Assembly: GCA_958009085.1 (NCBI GenBank)
Contig: OY253687.1
Location: 496,001-560,000 of the forward strand
Length of the DNA: 64,000 bases
From: Protoeuglena noctilucae
Taxonomy: Eukaryota
Direction: 5' to 3'
Position numbers and translations under genes: made by a program. Shown here in pieces: positions 25,806-36,400 of the stretch; position 1 is the first letter of the stretch, and every line of letters begins with the position of its first letter. The notes under the pieces are model-generated. The model saw nothing but the letters and a program-made list of their open reading frames with translations, had not been told where the DNA came from and made no database searches.

Positions 25806-27081
25806 TTACATGATCTTTGCTTGAGAGAAGTCCATCTCCGGATGCGCCGCCATAAACTTCTTGAGTGCCTCCTGCTTCTTCATCTCTTCGCTGCGGGCCC
25901 AGCACGGGAACCCGGTCAGTCCGGCGGTGTCTCGCGCACCACTGCACCCGCCCACACTCACGCCCAGGCTCGCGCCTCGCATGCCCGTGCCTGTCACCAT
26001 GCGTCCTCACATAGTGTCACCCAGTGTCACAAGCCCCACCTGCTGCGGCCCCATCATCTGCGCCCAATCCAATCTCACCTGGTGGGCAGCCCCATCTGCT
26101 TCTGCCGCTGGTCGAACATCATCTTCTCGACCGTCGCCCGCGTCTCGGGGTCCAAGTCCGACAACTTGCTGTTCTCCGGCTCCACCTTGCGCGTGTTGAT
26201 CTCCGGCTCGCCCTTGACCACGCACGGCCACCACGTCATGCCCCTGCAAGCGCGACCCAGCACAAATGAAGCGTGCGGGATGCTGCCAGCGCAACTGCGC
26301 GGTTGCGAACCAGAAGCACAGCTGCAGCCCCAGTGAGCCTGCTCACTTGGCCTTCTGCAGCGTGACCTCGATGCTCCGGCCGTCCACGATGCTCCACATG
26401 CAGTCATCCGCCTGCACTGGCTCGTGGATCTCCCCGTCCAGCACCGGATCCGCGCCCTTGACAGCCACCTTCAGGCGCTTGTTCGTGATGGACACCACGA
26501 CCCCGCTGCTCCTCGTCCCGGGCGGCACGGGCACCGACACCGTCACGTCTTGGAGCGTCTGCACCCAGCTGTAGCGCCCCATGTCCGCCCCGTTCCCTGC
26601 GTTGGGCTTGATGCCCGGCTCGCTCTCCTCCTCTCCCGACCCCTCCTCCTTCCCCTCGGACCCCGGAGCCTCCGCCTTCTTGCCCTCCGAGCCCGACGCC
26701 TCCGCCTGTTTCGCCTCCCCCGACGCCTCCGCCTTCGCCTCCCCCGACGCAGCCCCCTTCTTCTCCTCTCGCAATACCTGAGGTGCCGCGGGGGCCGGGG
26801 GCGCGAACGCCGCGTCCACGAGGTCGTGGACCCGCCTCCTCGTGTCCGGGTCCTTCTCCAGCAGATACGTGCGCCCTGTTCGGAGAACGCAAGATCGCGG
26901 GCTCAGCGTTGACACTCCGAGAATTTCGCGCACGCGGGGGACGGCGGGCAGCCTCACTCGCGACGTAGCGCAGAACGGACTCGACCAACGCGAGCGGATC
27001 GTTGCCGCAGGCCACCAGGGCCTCCCTCAAGACCTCATCGGGGGCCCGCGCCCCCGCGTCAATCTCCTCTATGACGGGCAT
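25806..27081 (-). CDS. NUDC: NudC/BOBBER1-like CS-domain co-chaperone
   Basis: [87 protein letters not shown]. Confidence 0.95.
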
Positions 27082-27503
27082 CGATCGGGCGATCAGGCAA
27101 GCCGGGGACGACGCTACGGGAGAGGAGAAGGTGCGCTCACTGGCGGGACGTCGCTCTCAACCAAAGAGGAGGCCGACGCCTGGCTGGAGTGACGCAATCC
27201 GCCTGTCTCGTCCATGTGAATGCGCAGACGAGCAGTTTCGGGCAAAGCATTGCTTTCAAGCTGCATCGGGGGGAGGGTAAACGTGCTGGAAAAGATAGGC
27301 CGTGCGAATGCACCAATCCTGCATTCGCTGATGATGCTTATATGTTAGTGGACGTGCTGCTGCCTGACGGAGTCGCCGGAAGTATCTGCGGCGGGTGCGG
27401 GTTGCAGCAGCTGCAAAATCAAAATCGCGCAGCTTCCGGACGCCCGACTTTACAGTTCAAAAAGATCTGCAGCCGCGGCACTCGCGTGCATGGCGACCTC
27501 CAT

Positions 27504-27559
27504 GTCCCGACCCCCGCTCTCTGGGCAACCCTCCGGACCCTGGGTAAGGCCATATAAAA
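27504..27559 (+). promoter_or_regulatory. U1 snRNA promoter: USE-like box (27506-27519), second box CGGACCCTGGG (27534-27544), TATA (27553-27559)
   Basis: 32/41 ungapped identity with the U5 upstream region, at identical offsets (-79, -51, -32) from +1. Confidence 0.85.
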
Positions 27560-27584
27560 GCGCCGCGGGCGGCCTGAACCTGTC

Positions 27585-27745
27585 ATACTTACCTGCACTG
27601 CCAACTCGTCGATCACGAAGGACGGATCGGGTCCCGTCGCTGCTAGGCCTTGCACTTCGCCCTGCGGCGCGGGACGGCGGCCCCACGAGGGTTCGCCAAG
27701 TGACCATTTCTGGATTGCTGGGGACTTGTTCCCCGGCCCCCCCCC
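27585..27745 (+). ncRNA. U1: U1 spliceosomal snRNA
   Basis: 5' ATACTTACCTG; loop I GATCACGAAG; stem II GTCCCG..CGGGAC with loop CTTGCACTTC; stem III GGCGGCCC/GGGTTCGCC; helix CACT/AGTG; Sm-like ATTTCTG (27706-27712); 3' G/C stem. The 3' end is approximate. Confidence 0.95.
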
Positions 27746-27777
27746 TGCGTTCTTTAACGCAACACTGATCGGAAGCA
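27746..27777 (+). terminator. Putative snRNA 3'-end formation element: hairpin TGCGTT-CTTT-AACGCA + ACACTGATCGGAAGCA
   Basis: The same hairpin + identical 16-mer follows U5 (51355-51387, minus strand). Confidence 0.75.
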
Positions 27778-28156
27778 CAAAGAAAGCGAAAGCTGGCTAG
27801 TAGCGCGGTAGCTTCAAAGAGGAAGAGGCATGCGAAAGGATTGTGTTGCACAGATCCCAAAGATCACCCCAGATGATCTGCACATCCCACCTCAGCAAAC
27901 CAGGAGAGCTAAGTCGAGCAGTGCGTGGTCTCCCGCGTCTCCCCGCCACGTAGGATGTGGCTCGCTCTCGTTTTGACCGATGTTCCACCAATGCTGTGCA
28001 TTCCCGAGTTCCCGTCTTGCTGGCTTACTGGCTTTCGATGACTGGAGAGGCACCAAGGCACCTCTTCGCAACACCGCTCGCCGGTGACCAACCAAAGCAG
28101 CCCCATTCCGTTTCACCATTGGGGGTGCCAACACCCATCGCAATTGAGGTTTCGCA

Positions 28157-31100
28157 TCACACGTCTCTTCGCTCCGCATCGATCTCGCGGTTGGCCGTGC
28201 CCCCTCCGCGCGGCTTGGAGACGTACCCCGAAAACTTGTTCCCCTCCGAAAAGGTCCGCCCCGCCACCTCCTTGACACGCTGCGTAGGAGAGCAGGAAAG
28301 CAGATTGGTCAGTGCGGTCCATGGGGTCCCTGCCAGTTCCTAAAACGTCACAGCAACACTCGTACGTCACAAACACCCCCCAGCCCTCGCTCGCCTGGGC
28401 CGTCATGCTGTCGATGGCGTCCAGGTCGCGCAGCAGGCCCCGCCACGACCCCGTGATGGCGTGGTACTGGCACAGGATCTGCGCCATGGACAGGTTGGAT
28501 CTGCGGGCGAGCGAGAGAGGCCTCAAGCTCGCGGCCACTGGCCCCACCACGGCCCTGTTGCCGTCAGCATGACCGCCGACGCGCCCAACGGCACCCAGCG
28601 ACTTGCCCGATGACTTCCAGCAGCGAAATGCGGGATCCCTTCTTGACACGGTTCAGCTCCCGCTCCGTGGGCCCCGACTCGACGAGCCGGGCGAGTTCCT
28701 CCTTCAGCAGCGCCTCCTGCTGCTCCAGCCGCTGGTCGGGCGGGGGCACCCCGACCGTCAGAAACATCGACTGCCGCTTCTCCCCCGGGTACGACGGGAC
28801 GACCGACGCTGCGAGGCGGTGGGCGGGGAGCGGAACGGACTCGCTAGGCGTCGACTGCCAACTCCCCTCTCCCTCAGCACACACAAGCATGCCAGCATCG
28901 CCGGTCGCGCCCACGCCCTCACGCTTCCTGACCACGGCTACCCACTCCTCCGCCAGTCAGAGACTGCGCACTGGTTCCTAAAAGCTGTTGGCCAACGCAT
29001 CGAGGCCTGCAGCCTCACCCGACAGGGACTGGCCCCGAGCGATCAGGTTGGAGTAGAGGCGCGAGGAGCGACCCCCCGATAACACGTCAGCAGTGACCTG
29101 GAGGGCGATGGAGTCGTCAGAGGCAGCGGGGGGACGGTAGTAGCCCGCCATGAAGAGCGGGCCCGCGTCAGACTCCCAGCGGAGGCACTGTACTGCCTGC
29201 TTGGGCGGCGGGGGCGGCGGGGTGCCCAGGGTGCTGCCGAGGAGAATCATCTCGGACGGCGTGAAGGGGTTGGTGTCGTTGACGTTCTTGCGGTCCTGGA
29301 TAACCTCGTCGTCGTCCACAGGGGCGCTGGCCGGGGGCGGGGCTGCAAGAGTGCGAGAGTGTTGGGGGGTCGGTGACACAAAGCTCGCAGCGGCCAGGGC
29401 AAGCGGGGCGGGAGCGGGAGGACGCGCTCACCGGGCGCCGGCGAGCTGGTCCCCGAGGCGCTCTGCCCTGTGCCGGGGGTGGCTGTGGCTGTTGCGGGGC
29501 CTGGGCTCCCAGCGGCAGGGTCGGGGGAGGTATTCTTGGCAGTGGACGGCGATGGGGTGGGGACCACCCAAGCGCCCCAGTATTTGTTTGCGAACGCCTC
29601 GACCCTCTCCGCATCCACGTCACCCACCACGGCCAGCGTCAGCCTGCATGGATGGTGCCAGGCGTGTATGATGGCCCCAATGACACGACTTGCGCAGCCA
29701 CGTCCACTCGCTGCAGCTCGCGCGCACACCTGTGCGGGTTGTAGAATTTCTTGAAGAACTTCTCGACGTCCCGCCGGCTCGTGTTGCGGATGTCCGACTC
29801 GTAGCCAATCACGGGGCGCCGGTAATTGGTCTTGAAGCCCTTGAAGGCGAACGCCTCTTGGAACTTCCCCAGCGGCGCCACCTCCACACGCTGCCGCCGC
29901 TCCTCGAGCACCACGGCCTTCTCCTTGAAGAAATCCCTGAGCCCAGTCAAAGCGTGGCAGTGCATTATACAGAGTCTAGGTCCATGGATGGGGTGGGGTT
30001 CGACATGGGGGCGCGAACAGAGCTGTGTTGAAGCGCTTGCTCGCCACGTACCGGAACACGGGGTCCTGGAATCGGGCGCTCTCGAGGGCGAACCAGAGCT
30101 CGAGCTTGTTGCTGGGGAGGGACACGTAGTATCGCGTGCTGTCTTGGGACGTCATGGCGTTGAGGCCGACGCCGCCCTCGCGCTGCAGGATGGTCGCGAT
30201 CTCGTTGGGGACCACCAGGGTACTGGCGCGCGACACGAGCTTGTCCAGGTTGACCTGCAGGGGGCCGGGAGGGGAGCAGATGGGGCAGTCAGGTACTAGC
30301 GGGGCGGCCCATGGCATGCAAATGTTAAGATACCCTCAGACGGCGGCCATGGCAGAACGAAAATCGTGGAAAGACACACCTTCAGCTTCTTGATGTCGTC
30401 TGCCCGCCTCTGCTTCTCTGCCTCCCGGAGCTCGTAGAACGTCTCATCCATCGCAGACAGCAGCGCCCGCTCCTTCTGGTAGTCTTTCGTGCCGATCGTC
30501 GACGTCCCTTTGAACGCTGCGGGGCCAGGGAGGACGGTGTGTCGAACTGGACGGGTCTGATGAGCACCGAAAAGTACAGAGGAGCCAGCAAAGCATACAC
30601 CAGGGCTCACCCAGATGCTCCAGCAGGTGCGCGATCCCCGTCCGTCCGTCCTCCTCATCGCACGCGCCGACGTCCGCGTACGTGCAGCAGCTGATCACCG
30701 GCGCCGTGCGTCGCTCCAGCACGATGACGTGCAGGCCGTCGGAAAGCGTGAACTCCTTCACCCGCTCCTCCAGCGTGTCGTGCGCAACCATCGACCTCCT
30801 CTGCGGTGTAGTGAGAGTGTTTATCGACCCTTTGCGTCGGGGACCGACGCGCGGAGCTGCAGCGCGGACTCGCGCGAATGGGGCGCGCCACGCTTCATGC
30901 ACGGAGACCCGCGCGCGCCCGGCAAGCCACGGCCTGCCCACCTCAGCCGACATCGGAGCTATTATGCTCTCAGCGCGTGCCGGGCGGGCCTGCGAACCCG
31001 CCATAGCCAGGGTGGCGGCCCCGCCCAGCACGTCCCTCCGGCTCGCACCCTCCCCGGGCTCTCGGGCCCCCTGGCACCGATGCGGGGCCGCGTTCTTTCT

Positions 31101-31347
31101 CCTGGACCTGCGCGTGATGACAGCGGATGCAAGTGATGAGAGCGCGACGAGAAATCGCAGCGGAAAGGTGCAAAGGGCCGGGTAGTAGCGACGCATCAGA
31201 CTGCAGTGCCCAGGCAGCAAACCCCGCGGGACACCTGCATCCCAGGCCCGCTTTCCCCGACCAGGACCTCGACCTCCGCACGCTAGTGCTGGGGAGGGGG
31301 AGGTGATGGCACCCCGACGGCCACTGCCATGCCCCTGCGCCCGACAT
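28157..31347 (-). CDS. M16 (insulinase-family) zinc peptidase with bipartite transit + twin-arginine signal
   Basis: Inverted zincin GIAHLLEHL|AFKGT, GLNAMTSQDSTRY, LESARF, EKAVVLEERRQR, YRRPVIGY, VLSGGRSSRLY; N-terminal SRRDVLGG..ARA. Confidence 0.9.
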
Positions 31348-31771
31348 CCCGGGCGCAGGAAAGCGAATAGGTGCTGCCCGAGCCCTGCAGCGGAGGTGCA
31401 GCCGACCTCACAAAGAACGTATCGGACATCATGACCCGCTGGCGGGGCAGAAGAGGCGCGGGGACCGACTGGCTCTCCGTCTGACCAGCTGTCCAGCGGT
31501 CAAGTTTGCCGACGAAAGGCCGGAGAGCCCAGACCGCTCTGCCTGCACTTTTTGGTGATAACCTCGACGCGCAGGTGTAGCGGCTGCGGGCGTAACTCGA
31601 CCCCGCGCCTCGACCATCGCCATCACATCGAGTTTGGGCCTTCTGTAGACCCGTCCGGCTACGCTGGAGGCAAACTTGTATCTTTATTCTTGACCTGGCG
31701 TCAAAGCCAGCTCATTCCTGCGGTGCGCGCGGCTGCGCGGACCTCGTCCCCTTTTGCCTTCCCGCGGCGCC

Positions 31772-34700
31772 ATGGAGGGCGCTGGCGCAGGACCCAGGAC
31801 TGCGATGGACGACGTCACGACCGAGGGTGCGTTCCCCGCTGGCGCGTCGACGGAATGCGCTTAACCCTGGCCCAGGGGGGCGCGCAGCTGACAACGCATC
31901 CGAACGCTCCCGGGACCCACGCCCCTCCGCGACGGTCCCCCGCCCCGCCAGCCGCAGAAGCGCTCGCTGACGGCCAGCGCGGGGTGCAGCGCAAGCAGGC
32001 CAAGCCCTTCCCCGCCGGGGCGCCCGAGCCTTTGGCAGACGCCCTGCAGACCACCCGCGAGGCGCGGTCCTTCGTCGAGCTGCTCAATCGCATCGGTGCG
32101 CAGCGCGTTTTGATCTTCCTTGCTTTTGACTGCCGCGGCGGCACCTCGCCCGGCGTCCCCGCTGAGCCCTGGCCCCAACGCCCGTGTGCAGAGCGCCTGC
32201 ACAGCCCCACGGCCTGGGAAGCGCGCCAGGGATCCCCAGCGACGGGCGAATCTCAGCACTCGGCTTCGGAGCCCTACCAGCCGGAGCGCTACTCCGCGGG
32301 GAGCGCCGAGACAAGTCCGGGAGCTGCAACAGCAGAGGCGAGCGGCCCACCCTGCACTGCCTGCCTGCCTGCACTTCTCCGTCGCGATGCCATGGCTGGC
32401 TGAACGGCGCCAGCTCTTCTTTTGCCCTCAGAAAATCGCCGACATCCAGGCGAGGTTCAAGGACCTGCTGGATGGGACAGTGGCCCCCCGGGTAGCGCCG
32501 GCCAGGTCCAGGGTCGAAAAGACCGCAGGGTCGGTCCAGGCCCACAGCCCCGCGTCAAGCTCCGGATCGACGGGGGGCGTTGCGGGTCGCCCCGCGCGGC
32601 CGGACGGCTCGCGGAGAGCGTGGGACTCTGGGACTGCGTGGGACGAAGCGTCTTCCAGGCCCACGCGGGGGGCACCCAGCGCCACGGCAGCCAACGCGAG
32701 CGACGCGGCGAGGCTCGCCGGAGACAAGCGTCGGCAGGCGCGGGCGCCTGTCGCGTCCGTGCCGCCCCAGAGCACGTTTACGGTCGGAGACGCGGGTGCG
32801 GCCTCCGAGCCCACCCGGGTTGCCCCGCAGCCGGGGGCGGCGCCTGCGGACGCAGAGGGTCCGAGGCGGCACCGGGCTCATGAGGAGGTGTCGCGCGCGC
32901 CTCGGGCTGCTGAACAAGCCACGGCACGGGCCGCGAGGCCGGAGGACCCCAGTGCCGCCAATGGTGCCCGGCAGTCCCAGGACCGGGGTCCCAACGATGC
33001 CCTCCGCCGCATGTCCCTCCCGCGGGCGTCCCTGAGCGCCGCGCTGGGCAACGCGACGGAGGAGCTGCACAGCCGGATGCTGCGCAACTCGCTCCAGAAG
33101 CAGGCGGAGCTTGTGGCGGAGATCCAGCTGAGGCAGCAGAGGGAGGACGCGCTCTTGACGCGACTGCGGGCGTCGAGGAAGAAGGAAGCGGCACTCGCGG
33201 GTGAGGGCGCGGAAGCGCACGGGGCCGCATCAGTTGTCGCGTGCTGGGCCCAGCCGAGGTGTGGCGGTCGCGGCCCAGGGGTCCGCTGGCCCTCTGTCAT
33301 TATGTCGGTGATCGCATGGCTACTGTCGCTGGCGTTGCTTGCACGGGGCCAGGCCCGAGCAGCGGAGCATAGACGTGACGACGCCTGCCCGCCCATCGCA
33401 GCGCGCCTTGCTGAGTCGGAGGAGGCGCTTCGGGGCGCCCAAAACGCGGCGGCGGACACGTCCAAGATGGTGGAGGTGGAGTCCCGGCTGGCGGCGCTGG
33501 AGCGGGACTACCAGCGCGCCCTGGCCGACAACGCGTCTCTTACAGCGCAAGTGGCGGCGGCCGAGGGGGCGGCGGCGCAGGCGCAGGCGGCGGCGGACGC
33601 GGGTCGGCGGCGCGCGGAGGCTGCCGAGGCGCGCGCTGCCGAGTCCCGGTCGGAGATCCGCCGTCTGGAGGCGGTGGTGGCGGACACGGGGGAGGCACGG
33701 CGGCAGGCACGCGAAGCCCTGGGGGAGATGGCGCAGCAGAACGCACGCCTGGTGGCCGCCTTCATGGCCAAGAAGACCGAGTTGCAGCAGGCTCGGGACG
33801 CGCTGGACGCGGAACGCCGCGCTGCGTCCTTGAGGGACGTGGAGGCGGCCGCCGCGCTCGCGGCCGCCCGCGCCGACTGCGAGTGCCTCCGCCGGGTCGT
33901 GGCGAGGTACCAGGCCACCCTGCGCGGTGGGGGAGCCGGAGCCGGGGCGGTGCCGGCTGCGCAGCCCAGCCGCGAGGACGGGCAGGGCGGCGCGGCGGGT
34001 GCAGCCGGGCGCGACGGTGTCAAGGAGTGGCGCGAGGAGCGGGAACAGTGGCGACAGGAGCGCCGGGCTCTGTTGCAGGAGCTGGATCGAATCAAGGACT
34101 GGGCCTCGGGGGCTGCGGAGGGCCCGGGGGCCGATGGGGAGTTGGTGGGTGAGGATGGGCCGCAGGGAGCGGGCGCTGAGGAGAGAGGGGCGTACACGAG
34201 CGAGACCTACGCCGAGAGGACCGGGGAGGAGGTGGAGGGGGACGGGAAGGGCCAGCGGAGGGATGCAGAGATGTGTGGGGCGCCACCGCCGAGCGGGCCT
34301 CTAAAAGAGGATGCAAGGATCGGCGACCCCAGCGCAGCAAAGGAGAGCGCGGCTGGCGAGGGAGTCGCGAGAGGCGCGGGTGGCGCCGAGAGCGGTGCCG
34401 AGGGCGTGGGGGCGGCGGCCGCGGACCTGCGCCGGTCTCAGTCGCAACCCGCTCCGCGTGTGGGGGAGGGCCTGGACCGCGACCCACCTCCTTACAAAAC
34501 CGAGGGCGGAGATGGCGAGCGGGCCCCACGCCCCGCTGAGCCCGCGTCGACGCCGGGTGGTGACACTGGGGCTGCCCGGGCGGGCGACGGTGGGGCGGGC
34601 GGAGCGAGGGACGCTGGTGCTCGCAAGTCCTCGGAGACGACCGAGCGATCGGACGGGCAGGCCAAATATCCGGACGTCTCTCAGGGAAGCAGCTGGCGAT

Positions 34701-36178
34701 CGGACCTGTCCCCTTTGCGCCGGCGGCAGTGGGCCGGGGAGGGCTTTGCGGCGCGGGGGGCGTCGGGTCAGTGGACGGGGGGCTGGGAGGCGGGCGAGGC
34801 CGGCGAGGAGGTGGACTCTGGCAGCCAAACGCGCCCGTCGTCGCGTTCTGACAGCGGGGGCTCGGCGTCAGATCGGTACCGTGTTCCAACGTCCGGGCGC
34901 GCCTCCAAGGCCCACGCCGGCAGCGCCTCTCCGTCCAATAACACCGATACGGCCGGGAGCGCGGGGTCGGGGCGGGAGCACGGGGTCTCTGCGGAGGGCC
35001 TGAAGGAGAGCGGGAACCGGCTTTTCCGGGAGGGACGGTACAAGGAAGCCGTGCAGAGCTACACGAGGTGATGGGCGTGTGTTGGAGATGGGGTGCTGCG
35101 GCGTGAAGTAAGTGACATGTGATTGCTGGAGCGTCTTGGTGTGCCGGGAACTCTCTCGTGTTGCTGGCATTGGTGCAATGGCGCAGCTATGGGCTGCGGC
35201 CCTGTGTGCGCTGCAAGGCTGCAAGCGTGCCAAAGGTCCCTACCTCTTCGCACCGAAATGGATATCTATGTCCACGCCACCCCCCCTCTTCTGTCACGCA
35301 GGGCTCTGGAGGCGGCCAGCAGTGACTCGATGCGGGCCGTGCTGCGTGGCAACCGTGCCGCAGCGAGCCTGGCGCTGGGGCAGTACCCTGACACGATGGT
35401 GGACTGCCTCGTGGCGGCGAAGCTGGACCCGACGTACGCCCGCGTGCATCAGAGGCTCGCGGAGGCCCACGCGGCGGTCGGCGACTTCGCTAGCGCTCAC
35501 GCAAGCCTGTGCGACCTGAACAGGTGAGGCGCCAGGGGTGCCAGAGGTTGGTGTCCAAGGTGGTCCGCGTGCTCGTGTACATCCCAGTTGCCTGGCTTCT
35601 TTGGTCATTGCGGCGGCCCCTACTTCAGGGCTCCCTCTGGACACTCTTCCCACACAGGAGGGCGCCCTCGCTGATGACTCCCGACCTGACGGCAAAGCTC
35701 TACGCGTGGCAGCGCAAGGGGCAGTCCCAGGGGGAGCTAGAGCTGTACGCCGTGCTGGGGGTGCCAGAAACGGCGTCAGACAAGGACGTCCGTGCGGCCT
35801 ACCGCCGCATGGCGCTGCGTCTGCACCCGGACAAGGCGCCCTGCGAGGCGACGCGGGCTGCGCACGACCAGGTGAGGCGCAAGAGCCACGGGCATGCATG
35901 AGGTGCACGAGAGGCGTGATGGCGTGAACGGCGTCACACCCGCAACCACCTGCGACCACTCACCAACCACCCCGCGCCGCCTTGCTGCCCAGGTGTTCAA
36001 GCTCGTCGCACGCGCCCACAGCACTCTGTCCGACGAGACCCAGCGGCGGCAGTACGACGCGGCACGGGCGCGGCGCCGCCTGCAGCGCGCCTTCACGACG
36101 GGCGCGCACGGCTTCGCGGCCATGCCCGTCAACTTCAACGTGGGCATGGGCACGCGGTACAGCTACGGCAGATTCTGA
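31772..36178 (+). CDS. Large protein: coiled-coil + low-complexity region + TPR repeats + C-terminal J-domain (DNAJC7-like C-terminus)
   Basis: AEGLKESGNRLFREGRYKEAVQSYTR|AL, GNRAAASLALGQY, LYAVLGV..VRAAYRRMALRLHPDK, FKLVARAHSTLSDETQRRQYD. The 5' exons are less certain. Confidence 0.8.
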
Positions 36179-36400
36179 AGCCGCTCCAGGCGCCCCGCCT
36201 GCGGCGCACGTTCTGGATGCCCAGATGATAGGGGCAGGACGGCGCTGGCTTGCGATTTGTGAACGAAGCAAAGCGTAGAGGGCGAAAGTGCAGGAAGAGA
36301 GAGATGAAAAGAAAGGGTAGTCAAGTCAAACTGCCCTAACACACACCAGCAATGATGCATCGGTAGCACCGCGACCATCGCCTTGAGGAGATGCTCCTCG

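Noticed and set aside
27329..27367. TGATGA..CTGA, box C/D-like pair upstream of U1
   Set aside because: The boxes are only about 30 nt apart and I could not recognise an rRNA antisense element.
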